Shown here one piece after another: positions 16,731-26,259 of a DNA stretch of 32,000 nucleotides. The position numbers and the translations under genes are program-made. Positions within the stretch are counted from its first letter, which is position 1. The number at the start of each line of letters is the position of its first letter. The stretch is from Nitrososphaera viennensis EN76. Lineage in GTDB: Archaea > Thermoproteota > Nitrososphaeria > Nitrososphaerales > Nitrososphaeraceae. The stretch is from positions 1,860,001 to 1,892,000 of the forward strand of contig NZ_CP007536.1 in assembly GCF_000698785.1 (NCBI RefSeq), written 5' to 3'. Below the pieces are notes generated by a model. That model was given only the letters and a program-made list of their open reading frames with translations. It did not search any database and was not told the origin of the DNA.

Positions 16731-17411
16731 ATGTCTGCTGACGATTCTTTACCTGCCGACGCGCCAAAGAAGGAAAGCGTCCTTGGAATAATGGACGACC
16801 TGCTGTCGCACCTCAACCGCACAAAGAAATTCTTCATGGCGCTGGTGATATCCTCCTTTGTAGTCGCGCCGCTTACGATCGTGCTTTCCATACTGATGCT
16901 TACACCCCAGTTTCTCGTCGGCGTGGGCCAGCCGCAGGACGTGGTGTTCTCCCCAAAGGCCGTCTTTTCCAAAGCTGCTGCCGTCCCCGCGACCGGACTG
17001 CAGACCGGTCAGCCAGCGATGATAACCGTCAAAATAATGCCCGGAGGCGAGATGAAAACGTTCAACATCACCGGCCTGCAGCAAGTGGACAAGGGGTCGT
17101 TTATCGTGGACAAGGAGCAGATCCACGTCGATTATGTGCCAGCAAACATGGCCGGTTTTGCAGTCTCGGCAGAAGGAGAGGTCAAGCCTTTGCCGCCCCG
17201 CTTTATGTACGTCAGCAGCGCGCCTGCCGCCTCTCCCTTTGACGTGACGTGGGTGATAGTGGCAGTGATAGCGGTGTCGGCGGCCGTGGCCGGCGCGTGG
17301 CTCCTCATCGGCATCAAAGAATATCGCTTTTTCTCGCACTGGAACAGCCGCTATGCAAACTACAAGGCGATGCAGGAAAAAGTAGACAAGGAGCTTGATG
17401 GCTCTAGCTAG
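16731..17411 (+). CDS. Membrane protein (2 TM with an extracytoplasmic loop), function unknown
   Basis: TM segments are FFMALVISSFVVAPLTIVLSILMLT and VTWVIVAVIAVSAAVAGAWLLIGI, with charged termini. The competing minus ORF 16749..17441 is His/Arg-rich and implausible. Confidence 0.6.
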   Translation: MSADDSLPADAPKKESVLGIMDDLLSHLNRTKKFFMALVISSFVVAPLTIVLSILMLTPQFLVGVGQPQDVVFSPKAVFSKAAAVPATGLQTGQPAMITVKIMPGGEMKTFNITGLQQVDKGSFIVDKEQIHVDYVPANMAGFAVSAEGEVKPLPPRFMYVSSAPAASPFDVTWVIVAVIAVSAAVAGAWLLIGIKEYRFFSHWNSRYANYKAMQEKVDKELDGSS

Positions 17412-18121
17412 ATGAGGTTGCCTGCATTGACCCTGAGCCACTCTATCCTTTTTTCATAGCTTGGCATGAACTTGTGGAGCAGGTTCCAAAAGTGGTGAGA
17501 GTGATCCTTTATCTCGAAATGGCATAATTCGTGCAAGACAATGTAATCAATGACATCCTGCGGCGCCTTTAACAGGTTTACGTTGAGGTTGACCGTGCCC
17601 GATTTGGTCGCGCTGCCCCACCTGTTCTTCAGGTCCTTGATTATCACTCTCTGCGGCTTTACTCCAAGCCTGTTTGCATAGAACTTGACCGAGTCTCTCA
17701 TGATCGGCATGGCGCTTTTCATGAGCCATTCCTGGTACAGCTTTCTGATCGCTTTTTCTGACGGGTTTTGAGACTTGGTCGTCGCCAGAAACTCGCCATT
17801 GACGAAGCGAAGCTTGTCCTGGCTGCGCCCGCCCATTATGTAGAGTGGATAATTCTTGCCCAAATATGGCAGGGTAGAGTCGGGCTTGAACGTGGGCCTG
17901 GCAATCTGGTGGGCCAGGCGCTTGTACTCCTGCTGCTTTTTGAGTATCCATTCCGCCTTTTTCTGGATTATTTTTTCAATCTCTTCCAGAGGCTTGTCAG
18001 GTGGCGTGCGGATTACCACCTTGCCTTTCTCGATGATTATCTCGGAGGTCTTGATCCGCTTGCCCCTGATCACCGTGTATGTAATGGTCGATTTGCCGTG
18101 CCTCGTTTTGAGCATCATCAT
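17408..18121 (-). CDS. DUF45/YgjP-like (M48-type) zinc metallopeptidase linked to the type I RM operon
   Basis: Motifs: RWGSATKSGTVNLNVNLLKAPQDVIDYIVLHELCHFEIKDHSHHFW (HExxH). Its ATG overlaps the hsdR stop by 4 nt. Confidence 0.85.
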   Translation of the reverse strand: MMMLKTRHGKSTITYTVIRGKRIKTSEIIIEKGKVVIRTPPDKPLEEIEKIIQKKAEWILKKQQEYKRLAHQIARPTFKPDSTLPYLGKNYPLYIMGGRSQDKLRFVNGEFLATTKSQNPSEKAIRKLYQEWLMKSAMPIMRDSVKFYANRLGVKPQRVIIKDLKNRWGSATKSGTVNLNVNLLKAPQDVIDYIVLHELCHFEIKDHSHHFWNLLHKFMPSYEKRIEWLRVNAGNLI

Positions 18122-21099
18122 AAGAGCCTCTTTGCCAGCTCCAGGACCTTGCGGATCAATTCATCGACCTTGTCCTCGGGAAACTTGTTGTCCGTCAAGA
18201 CATCGTATATTGCAGCACTCATCAGCCTTTCAGAGCTGCTTTTGCTTTTCCACCCGACAAGTTCTGTCTCGGGCTCGATCTGCTTGTAGATGGCCGCGGT
18301 AACCTGCTTGGCCGCCTCGTCATCTCCTTTTATGGGCTGGAGCTCGCCGTACACGGCAAACTCAAAGGGCGTTGAAAAGCCGAGCTTTTTGCGCTCCTGC
18401 TCTTCGTTGAGGGCGTCTTCAAGTATCTCCTTGTACAGGTCGAAAAAGTTTGCCATTTCCTTCCTGCGCAAGGCTTCTTCCTGTATCAGCTTTTCAAGGC
18501 GCTCCCGGAGCTTTTCATAATAGGCGGGATTGTACGCGGAAAACTCCTCTATTACCTGGCGCGCCTTGTTCTTGACAAGCGCAGTCCGGGCCCTCTCGTT
18601 CTTGAACTTGGCAACGTAACTGAGGAAATTGTGGTAGGTTATCTCCCTCGGGTCCAAAAGCTCTGATATGCCCGTTGCCCTGATGTGGTCGTCTATCAGC
18701 TGCTGGACCTTCTTGCCGTACTCGCGCAGGCTCGTTCCTGCGCCCTCGTAGTAGGTCCGTATCAGCTGCCGGACCTTTGACGCGTACTTGAAATCGTCGA
18801 TAAAGGGATCAGCTTCTTTCTTTGGCAGTATTGCGTCAAGGGCGCTTGAGAACGCCTTAAAGTCGTACTCGAACTTGTCCCTTGCTGCCGCCGGCTCGAA
18901 CTTTACTATAATTGCGTTGTCGTCTTTTTTGTCAATCTCGGTAAAATACGACATGACCTCCAGATGGCGCAGGCGCAGTTCCTCCAGCTCTTTTTCTGAT
19001 GGCTCTAGCGCTCCCTTGACGTCTTCTTCCTCAAATACTGCCAGCGCCTTCTGCAGCTCTTTCGTTATGCCGCAATAGTCCACGATGAGGCCATAGGTCT
19101 TGTTTGCGTCATACGGCCTGTTCACCCTGGCTATTGCCTGCAAGAGGTTGTGCTCTCTCAGTCCCTTGTCAAGGTACAGGACCTGCACGATGGGCACATC
19201 GTACCCTACAAGCAGCATGTCCACCACTATCAGGATCTTTGTCGGGTCGCCTGGGTCCTTGAACTTCTCTGACTCTTGCTCCCTCTGCTCTGGCGTAAGG
19301 TAGTACTGGTCCCAGCTGATGCCATCCTTGCCTTTTTCGCCAAGCTGCGATGTCATTATGATCTTGGAAGGCGGCGCATTGAGCTTGTCAAGCTCCTTCT
19401 TGTACGTGACTGCTGCTTCTCTTGATGAAGCGACGACCATCGCCTTGTAGCCGTTAGGCAAAATGTGCGTAGTGTAGTGTTTGACAAGGTCAAGGCAGAT
19501 CCTCTTTATTCTGGCCGGGGCCTCGGCTATCTTTTCTCTGGTCACGTACTGCTTTTTCAGCCTGTCCTTTGCCTTCTCGTCAAGGTCGATAAAGACGCGT
19601 TCAAATATCTGGTCGATGGTTGCGCCCCCTTCTACGAACAGTTCTGGCAGCCTCTCCTCGTACAGGATCTTGAGGGTCGCCCCGTCAGCCTTGGACTCTT
19701 CAAAGCCGTACTTGTCAAGGGCCGGCCCAAAGACGCGGTACGTGCTCTTATTCCTCTTGTCTATCGGCGTGCCCGTGAAGGCAAAGAACACGGCATTTGG
19801 CATCGCAGAGCGCATCGCCTCCGCGTTGAACTTGTACTGGGTGCGGTGCGCCTCGTCGACCAGCACGATCACCTTCTCGTCAGTGTGGATGTGGCTGGAC
19901 GAGGTGCCGAATTTCTGGATCGTAGTCATCACGGTCTTGCCTTTTGCGCTTTTCAAGAGCGACTCAAGGTGCCTGATGCTCTTTGCCCTGATCGGGTCCG
20001 GAAAGCCGCATACCTTGAACGTCTTTTCAATCTGCTCGTCAAGCTGCTTTCTGTCAGTTACTATCACTATGGGCGGGTTGCCGAACTTGTGCATGAGCTG
20101 CGTCGCAAACCACATCATGGTAAGCGACTTGCCGGAGCCCTGTGTGTGCCAGATGACTCCTCCCTTGTCGGAAATGTCCTCCTTGAGGTGGTTGAGCCTG
20201 CCTACTGCCTTGGTTACTGCCCTGTACTGCTGGTGCTTGGCTATCTTCTTGATTTTCTTGCTGTTTATGACCTCGTAAGTGACATAGTTTTTCAGCAGGT
20301 CAAGCAGGTGCGCTTTGTCAAGCATTCCGGCGATGAGGAACTCCTGCTCCCTTGGGGTTCGCTCGCACAGTTTTTGCACCTTTTCTGGCGTAAGCGGGTA
20401 GGATTCGGACCACCTGGCGTACTGGTTCACGCTTGCGCCGATGGTCCCGTGCCTTGCAAGCGTGCCGCAGGTGGCGATGAGAAAGTGGTTGTAAAAGAAC
20501 AGCCTGTCGTAGCCAAGCTCCCTGTCCTGGTACTTTTGAAAGTTCTTTGTAATCGCCTGCTCTATCGGGCTTGGGATGGATGGCGCCTTGCATTCGATTA
20601 TCACGAGCGGAAAGCCGTTTACGAATATCACGATGTCTGGAAAGATGGGCTGCTTGTAGCCGTCAAGCTGGAACTGGTTTGTGACGATAAAGTCGTTGTT
20701 TTCCGGGTTGTCAAAGTCAAAGAACCTGACCGTCTTTTCCTCCGGGCCGTTGCCAAAGTTCTGTGTTACTGTGATAGGTTCCAGCCCGCCGGACCTTGAA
20801 AGGCCGACAAGCTTGGCGCGGATCTTTTCGTTGGTGTCAGCGTGGTCAAGGTTGTGGGGAAAGTTTTCTTCTTCTATCTTGTGCAGGGCGTCCTTTACGC
20901 CGTCTTCGTCAAGCTCCGGGTTTAGTTTTCTGATTGCTTTTTCAAGTCTGTCATAGAGCAAGACTTGGCGGTAATCCTTTCTGGTTTTGTTGAGGTCTCT
21001 CTGGCTCAGGTACTGGTAGCCCATCCTGACAAGCTGCTCCAGGGCCGGGAGCTCCGACTTTACTGCCTCTTCATTGTTTTCCTTTACGTCAAAGGTCAA
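18118..21099 (-). CDS. hsdR: Type I restriction enzyme R subunit
   Basis: The 993-aa protein has an N-terminal nuclease region, helicase motif I (WHTQGSGKSLTM), the DEAH box (VLVDEAHRTQ) and motif VI (QAIARVNR). Confidence 0.97.
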   Translation of the reverse strand: MTFDVKENNEEAVKSELPALEQLVRMGYQYLSQRDLNKTRKDYRQVLLYDRLEKAIRKLNPELDEDGVKDALHKIEEENFPHNLDHADTNEKIRAKLVGLSRSGGLEPITVTQNFGNGPEEKTVRFFDFDNPENNDFIVTNQFQLDGYKQPIFPDIVIFVNGFPLVIIECKAPSIPSPIEQAITKNFQKYQDRELGYDRLFFYNHFLIATCGTLARHGTIGASVNQYARWSESYPLTPEKVQKLCERTPREQEFLIAGMLDKAHLLDLLKNYVTYEVINSKKIKKIAKHQQYRAVTKAVGRLNHLKEDISDKGGVIWHTQGSGKSLTMMWFATQLMHKFGNPPIVIVTDRKQLDEQIEKTFKVCGFPDPIRAKSIRHLESLLKSAKGKTVMTTIQKFGTSSSHIHTDEKVIVLVDEAHRTQYKFNAEAMRSAMPNAVFFAFTGTPIDKRNKSTYRVFGPALDKYGFEESKADGATLKILYEERLPELFVEGGATIDQIFERVFIDLDEKAKDRLKKQYVTREKIAEAPARIKRICLDLVKHYTTHILPNGYKAMVVASSREAAVTYKKELDKLNAPPSKIIMTSQLGEKGKDGISWDQYYLTPEQREQESEKFKDPGDPTKILIVVDMLLVGYDVPIVQVLYLDKGLREHNLLQAIARVNRPYDANKTYGLIVDYCGITKELQKALAVFEEEDVKGALEPSEKELEELRLRHLEVMSYFTEIDKKDDNAIIVKFEPAAARDKFEYDFKAFSSALDAILPKKEADPFIDDFKYASKVRQLIRTYYEGAGTSLREYGKKVQQLIDDHIRATGISELLDPREITYHNFLSYVAKFKNERARTALVKNKARQVIEEFSAYNPAYYEKLRERLEKLIQEEALRRKEMANFFDLYKEILEDALNEEQERKKLGFSTPFEFAVYGELQPIKGDDEAAKQVTAAIYKQIEPETELVGWKSKSSSERLMSAAIYDVLTDNKFPEDKVDELIRKVLELAKRLL

Positions 21100-22397
21100 A
21101 CTTTCACCCTGATTTGGCCCGTGAGGAGTTTCTGCATTAGACCTTTCTTTAACAACTCTAATTGTGATTTATGGTTTAGTTCTTGTTTGACCTTCGCAGT
21201 GATAGTATCCAAAATATCTGCAATTTTTCTTTGTTCCTCGATTGGCGGCATTAATAATGGAAGATGCGAATACTGCTCTGCGTTAACGTTAGGCTGAACG
21301 CCTTGCGTGAAGTTAGAAAGCAGCCATCTCCAATAATTATCCGAGTGTGTATAGTGGAATAGAAATTTTGCATCCAGTTTTGTCTCATCAGGTGTGAACT
21401 TAATTAGATAACCTGCAAAGGCGCATAAGCCATCCTCTTTGTTATACAAATATGTCTTTCCAACAGTTGCTCCTGTTCTGGCGAACAATATTTCGCCCTC
21501 TGACATTAGATAGCCATTAGCATCCTCTTCTGTTATTGAAACAGCCTCTGAGTTTAGTGATCCCTCATTGGTGATATCGGTGATTCTGATGTATCTTGGC
21601 AATGATGGATCGTATTTGACGGCAGCCACCGCGGCTCCGTACTGTGGTTTCTCTTTGCACAGGTTGATAAGCTTTGCAACATTCCATTCCATAGGCATTT
21701 CAAATTTCTTGCCAAAAAGAAACTTGATTGGTTTGAACTCCTGATGTCCAATCCCCTTTGTCAACAGCCTCTGCATCAGACCTTTCTTGAGCCGTTGAGT
21801 CTGTTCGATAATCTCATCTGTTTTCTGGATGAGGTCATCAACTTTGGAGAGGATTAGAGTGATTTTTTGCTGTTCAGGTATAGATGGAAGCCATATTCTT
21901 AATCTCTTGAGTTCATGTTTACCTATTCCAGATTGTCCAACATGCGTATTGCAAATTGATTTAAAGACTGATCTTTCTCTGTATCTTAGTAGGATCAAAT
22001 ATAGCCAATAGGGAATAACCTTGTTCTTATCAACCCGGATTCTTGTGATATGATTGGAAAATGTATATTCCAAGTCATCTCGGGCTATTGCAGTCTTGCC
22101 GATAAGATCTAGACTATTAGTATTATTGAAAAGGATGTCATCTTTCTTTATATCATATTCAGCCAAATCCGGTGGTTTTGGCACCTTAAGTAATTCCTCA
22201 AAGTTAAGCTGTCCATCTGAAGTAATGTTATTCATTCTCATTTGGACAACTCCGTTCGGATCTCTTTCTCCCGAAGCAAACCCTGATTGTATATTGGTTA
22301 TTACCGAATCTATATCGGTGACTAGCCAATCATGCGGAAGATCATAGATTCCAGTTGAAGTAAGATATGGGTATACAATTTCCTTTATCACTGTCAT
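21096..22397 (-). CDS. hsdS: Type I RM specificity subunit (two target-recognition domains)
   Basis: The conserved helical spacer is duplicated: LPSIPEQQKITLILSKVDDLI...LKKGLMQRLLTKGI and LPLLMPPIEEQRKIADILDTI...LKKGLMQKLLTGQI. There are 4-nt overlaps with both hsdM and hsdR. Confidence 0.9.
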   Translation of the reverse strand: MTVIKEIVYPYLTSTGIYDLPHDWLVTDIDSVITNIQSGFASGERDPNGVVQMRMNNITSDGQLNFEELLKVPKPPDLAEYDIKKDDILFNNTNSLDLIGKTAIARDDLEYTFSNHITRIRVDKNKVIPYWLYLILLRYRERSVFKSICNTHVGQSGIGKHELKRLRIWLPSIPEQQKITLILSKVDDLIQKTDEIIEQTQRLKKGLMQRLLTKGIGHQEFKPIKFLFGKKFEMPMEWNVAKLINLCKEKPQYGAAVAAVKYDPSLPRYIRITDITNEGSLNSEAVSITEEDANGYLMSEGEILFARTGATVGKTYLYNKEDGLCAFAGYLIKFTPDETKLDAKFLFHYTHSDNYWRWLLSNFTQGVQPNVNAEQYSHLPLLMPPIEEQRKIADILDTITAKVKQELNHKSQLELLKKGLMQKLLTGQIRVKV

Positions 22398-23956
22398 ATT
22401 CTGAAACCCATCTGCTCAAGCTCACTCTTGACTTCCCTTTCGAGTAAGCTTCTTTCTTTTTCGAGTTTGCTTAGCTCATTTAGGGCCTTTTGAATATCGA
22501 TTTCTTCTTCCGGTTCTGAAATATCCACATACCTTGGCACATTCAGGTTAAACTCATTTTCCTTGATTTCATCCAGCTCAGCAATATGGCAGTACCTGTC
22601 AATGTCTTTGTAATTCTTGAAAGCAGAGGTTATCTTGTCAATGTCCCGCTGCCTCAGCTTGTTGCGGTTCTTTCCTTCTTCATAGTCCTTGGCCGCGTAG
22701 ATGAAGATTATCTTGTTCTTTCGCTCTTTTGGCTTGTCCTTGTTCAACAGCAGTATGCAGCCAGGAATTCCAGTTCCGTAAAACAGCTTTTCAGGCAATG
22801 CAACAATTCCTTCAATCACATCGCCCTGCAGGCCTTTCTGCGGGTCTCCAAGAATCATGTTCTTGCGTATTTCTTCCTCTTCTCCTCCCCTGAACAGAAT
22901 ACCCTGTGAACAGACGATTGCAGCCCGTCCTTTTTCATTCAGGCTTGCAAGCATGTGCTGGATAAATGCAAAATCTGCCTTGTCCTTGGCTGGCGGTATT
23001 CCATACCTGAACCTGCCGTACGGGTCTTTGGCTGCGCCGGCATTGTCCCAGTCCATGCTGAAGGGAAAGTTTGCAAGCACTCTGTCGTACGTCTTTAGCT
23101 TTCCGCCGTCTACAAGCTTTGGCTCGGCCAAAACGTCGCCATACTCTATGTTGAAATCTTCAATGTCGTGCAGCACCATGTTCATCTTGCACATGGCCAA
23201 GTTGCCATAGTTGCTCTCCTGACCTTCAAGAATCAGATTTCTAGCATTGCCCTTGTTATGCTCGACATACTTGGCAGACTGGATGAGCATGCCGCCGGAG
23301 CCGCACGTGGGGTCGCAGATGCTCATCTTTTCCTGCGGCTGGACAAGTTCCACCAAAAGCTTGACGACTTCTTTTGGAGTAAAGAACTCGCCGCCCTTTT
23401 TCTTTGTCTCATCGGCGAACTGCTCAAGCAGGTATTCGTACGCGTCGCCAAAGATGTCCTCCTTCTCCAGATCAGAGTTCCGCAGCCGAGGAGAATTGAA
23501 ATGCGCAATCAGCTTTCGCAGCCTGTCGTCAGGATACTTTTTCTTGTCATTATACTTTGTATTGGTAAGAATGCCTTCTAGCTTCTTCGGGTTCTCTTGC
23601 TCCAGAATCCTGCAGACATGATCAATCTTTTCGCCAATGTTTTCTGAAGCGCTAGCAAGTACCGACCATCTTGCCTCCTTTGGTACAAAGAACTTGTGGC
23701 CGAGCCTAAGCCGCTGGTCTTTTCCACCCTTTCCATTTTCCAAAAGCTTCTCCGCATTCTCCTCAAAAGTGTCATTCAGCCTTTTGAGAAACAACAGGGT
23801 CATGACCGGCTGGCGATACTCGCTTGCATCAAGCGATCCCCTCAGTATGTCAGCTGCGCTCCAGAGGTGGGACTTTAGGAATTCAAAAGTTACTTTCTGG
23901 TTGAATAACGTATGATTGACCCGCTGTTTTTCAGCAGCCGCATCTTTTCTTGCCAA
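22394..23956 (-). CDS. hsdM: Type I RM N6-adenine DNA methyltransferase subunit
   Basis: The N-terminal HsdM domain includes LWSAADILRG. The AdoMet motif is ICDPTCGSGGMLIQ, and the catalytic motif IV variant is LANFPFS. Confidence 0.97.
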   Translation of the reverse strand: MARKDAAAEKQRVNHTLFNQKVTFEFLKSHLWSAADILRGSLDASEYRQPVMTLLFLKRLNDTFEENAEKLLENGKGGKDQRLRLGHKFFVPKEARWSVLASASENIGEKIDHVCRILEQENPKKLEGILTNTKYNDKKKYPDDRLRKLIAHFNSPRLRNSDLEKEDIFGDAYEYLLEQFADETKKKGGEFFTPKEVVKLLVELVQPQEKMSICDPTCGSGGMLIQSAKYVEHNKGNARNLILEGQESNYGNLAMCKMNMVLHDIEDFNIEYGDVLAEPKLVDGGKLKTYDRVLANFPFSMDWDNAGAAKDPYGRFRYGIPPAKDKADFAFIQHMLASLNEKGRAAIVCSQGILFRGGEEEEIRKNMILGDPQKGLQGDVIEGIVALPEKLFYGTGIPGCILLLNKDKPKERKNKIIFIYAAKDYEEGKNRNKLRQRDIDKITSAFKNYKDIDRYCHIAELDEIKENEFNLNVPRYVDISEPEEEIDIQKALNELSKLEKERSLLEREVKSELEQMGFRI

Positions 23957-24053
23957 AAAATCAGTTCACCTGTTTTGCTATATCGCTATATTTTGCTTCT
24001 TTTTATCTTTTCATTAGTATCACTTTTTACCATCTAGATATTACATTGCAAAC

Positions 24054-24335
24054 GTGTGGCGCCTTGTAAAATACCTTGAAGAAAGCGACCCTGAATTCCT
24101 GTCAAAGAACCGCCAAGAGCTCGTACAAAAGCTGCACGAGATCTGGCCCGGTGACGAAAGCCCCTCAAGAGAACACGAGGAACTTGCGGCAGCAATCGCG
24201 TCCGCGCTGTGGCTTGGCAGGCGTGCTCAGCAGATAAAAGAAAAAACCGGCGGCAAGGGCGCCGAGCAGTTTTTCAGGGAAGCGATAATGGTGGCGTTTG
24301 AGACGGGCAGGCGCTCGGCGATAACCGCCCCGTAA
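24054..24335 (+). CDS. Hypothetical small helical protein (93 aa)
   Basis: This is a GTG-initiated track ORF with plausible composition (WRLVKYLEESDPEFLSKNRQELVQKLHEIW...). No motif was recognised and there is no clear TATA box. Confidence 0.4.
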   Translation: MWRLVKYLEESDPEFLSKNRQELVQKLHEIWPGDESPSREHEELAAAIASALWLGRRAQQIKEKTGGKGAEQFFREAIMVAFETGRRSAITAP

Positions 24336-24369
24336 ACTTTTATTAGTAAGTAGGTATTTCTTACCAGGT

Positions 24370-24765
24370 ATGTCTGAAACACCAGCAGCAGAGGCCAAGC
24401 CTGGCACTACGTGCGCGGTAATCGACATCTGGGAGGTCCTGGGCAAGCGCTGGTCGCTTCTCATCATAAAGAACCTCCGCACAAAAGAGACTATACGCTT
24501 TAACGAGTTAAAGAGGGCGTTATCGGGAATCAGCAGCACGGTGCTGTCAGAGCGCCTGCTGGAGCTAGAGCGCGAGGGCCTCGTAACGAAAAAGATCTAC
24601 CCCGAGGTCCCGCCCCGCGTGGAATACAGCCTGACCGCGCAGGCAAAAGAGCTTGAAGTGATAATAAAAGAGCTGGCGCACTGGGTAGGCCGCTGGAAGC
24701 GCCCCCAGAGCGTCGCCCAGACAGTGACGAAAAAGGAAGAGCCAAGTAGTACTACAGCTTCCTGA
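24370..24765 (+). CDS. HxlR-family winged-helix transcriptional regulator
   Basis: The HxlR/DUF24 core is typical: CAVIDIWEVLGKRWSLLIIKNLRTKETIRFNELKRALSGISSTVLSERLLELEREGLVTKKIYPEVPPRVEYSLT. Confidence 0.9.
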   Translation: MSETPAAEAKPGTTCAVIDIWEVLGKRWSLLIIKNLRTKETIRFNELKRALSGISSTVLSERLLELEREGLVTKKIYPEVPPRVEYSLTAQAKELEVIIKELAHWVGRWKRPQSVAQTVTKKEEPSSTTAS

Positions 24766-25420
24766 ACTTGCCCTCCTTTGCGGTCACCACCCCTGTCTCG
24801 ACGACAGGGCGCTCGCCAAGTGCCTTTTCTATTGCCCTGTTGCCCAGCTGGACAGCCTGCTCCACCGTCATGTCGGCGCTGTACTCGCGCTGGATGACGT
24901 CTAGCGCGCTGTCAGCCGACTGGCCTATCGCAAAGCCGGCCCCGCGGAAGTACGTGCCGCTTGGGTCCACCTGGTACATATGCACGCCCGTCTGGTCGGC
25001 GCCTGCGATTATCACCGACGCCGCCTGCGGCCTCACCGCGTAGATGGTGTAGTTGTGCAGGTAGCCCCCGAGGTGCTTTGTCAGCGAGCCGATGTCGATT
25101 GGGCTCTCAAATGAGAGCCTGTGCTTTTGCGCCTCAAGCCTCAGCTCGTCTATGAGCTGCAGTATGTCGCCGATGTATCCCGAGCCTGTCGCCCCCACGT
25201 GGCCGTCGACAGGGAACACCTTTTCGGTCGGCTCCATCAGCGGCCTTGCAGGCTTGATGTGGCTTGCAAGGAGCGCAAAGCTTGGCGTCTTGATCCCAAT
25301 TGTCGTCGAGCCCCTGTTCACTGCCTCTAGCGCGCTGTCCACCAGCACGAGCCTGCCTTCCGGCCCGTAGAAGGAGGGGTAACGGTTGCTGAACCCTGCG
25401 CCAGCACCAGCTTCTGCCAT
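24752..25420 (-). CDS. psmA: Proteasome alpha-type subunit, divergent
   Basis: The alpha N-terminal signature is recognisable but altered: SNRYPSFYGPEGRLVLVDSALEAVNRGSTTIGIK, versus the canonical YDRxxTxFSPxGRLxQVEYAxEAVxxGST. It starts 3 nt after the beta-subunit stop. Confidence 0.85.
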   Translation of the reverse strand: MAEAGAGAGFSNRYPSFYGPEGRLVLVDSALEAVNRGSTTIGIKTPSFALLASHIKPARPLMEPTEKVFPVDGHVGATGSGYIGDILQLIDELRLEAQKHRLSFESPIDIGSLTKHLGGYLHNYTIYAVRPQAASVIIAGADQTGVHMYQVDPSGTYFRGAGFAIGQSADSALDVIQREYSADMTVEQAVQLGNRAIEKALGERPVVETGVVTAKEGKFRKL

Positions 25421-25423
25421 ATG

Positions 25424-26041
25424 CTAGTACGACGCCTCCTTGCTGTTATTGTTGCTGCTGACAGTGGTAGCTGCCACTAGGTTTGGTATCACCATCGTGT
25501 CGATGCCGTTGCCAGAGCCCGGGTCGCGCTCCATCGCCGCGGCGACTGCCTTTGTCGCGATCTCTTTTGCCTCCTCGTTTGTGACGTCCTTGCGGTAGAG
25601 GCTCTCAAGCACACCGTACGCTATGGGCGAGCCCGAGCCGGAGGATGCAAAGTCCTCGCCGATGATTGCGCCGCTCATGTCTGCCGTGTACACGTGCCCG
25701 CCCTGCTCGTCGACTCCTGCCACCAGCAGCTCTACAAAATAGGGCTGGTAGTTCTTTAGCCCCGAGTACGTCAGGTTGGCTATCAGCCGCGCGGATTCCT
25801 TGACGGTGAGCGGAAAGCCCCTGCGAAGCTCCATCAGCTTGCGCTCGGCCTTGGCCACCTTTATCAGGTACTCTGCGTCTGACAGCTGGCCCGCTATTGC
25901 CACTGCCAGGGTGTCGTCTACCTTGGCTATCTTTTGCGTTATCTTGGACCCGATGAAAAAGCCCTTGCTCGCCCTCTTGTCGGAGCCGAGCACGACTCCT
26001 TCCCTGGTCTTGATGCCGACTATCGTTGTCATTTTCTTCAA
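25424..26041 (-). CDS. psmB: 20S proteasome beta subunit (catalytically competent)
   Basis: MKKM-TTIVGIKTREGVVLGSDKRAS...K places Thr1, Asp17 and Lys33 correctly after a 4-residue propeptide. The C-terminal RDPGSGNG block is also present. Confidence 0.95.
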   Translation of the reverse strand: MKKMTTIVGIKTREGVVLGSDKRASKGFFIGSKITQKIAKVDDTLAVAIAGQLSDAEYLIKVAKAERKLMELRRGFPLTVKESARLIANLTYSGLKNYQPYFVELLVAGVDEQGGHVYTADMSGAIIGEDFASSGSGSPIAYGVLESLYRKDVTNEEAKEIATKAVAAAMERDPGSGNGIDTMVIPNLVAATTVSSNNNSKEASY

Positions 26042-26259
26042 CTATAGTATGGAATGCAGGCGATTAATTGACCGCGGATGCGAAAATGTAGTCACATCCG
26101 CCGGTCCCTGAACAAGTGACCTCTTGTTTTCTTTTTGAGGCTGTCTCGTGTGACGCATCCCGGTGGATATAACCTGCGACACGAATCTCTGGCCGTATAA
26201 TCAGGACAGATAATCAGGGGCTGGAATCGCCTGCCCGCCTGATATACGGGATTTGCAAA

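Noticed and set aside
16749-17441. 230-aa minus-strand ORF almost coextensive with 16731..17411
   Set aside because: Its product is His/Arg-rich (e.g. HGRRHRYHCHYHPRH) with no structure-like pattern. The plus-strand product has two clean TM helices and charged termini. The call is still only moderate in confidence.
19465-20799. 444-aa ORF on the plus strand, the longest unexplained ORF in the track
   Set aside because: It lies entirely antisense to hsdR, whose helicase and DEAH motifs are unambiguous. Its product is Leu/Val/Arg-rich with no motifs, as expected from reading a Lys/Glu/Asp-rich gene backwards.
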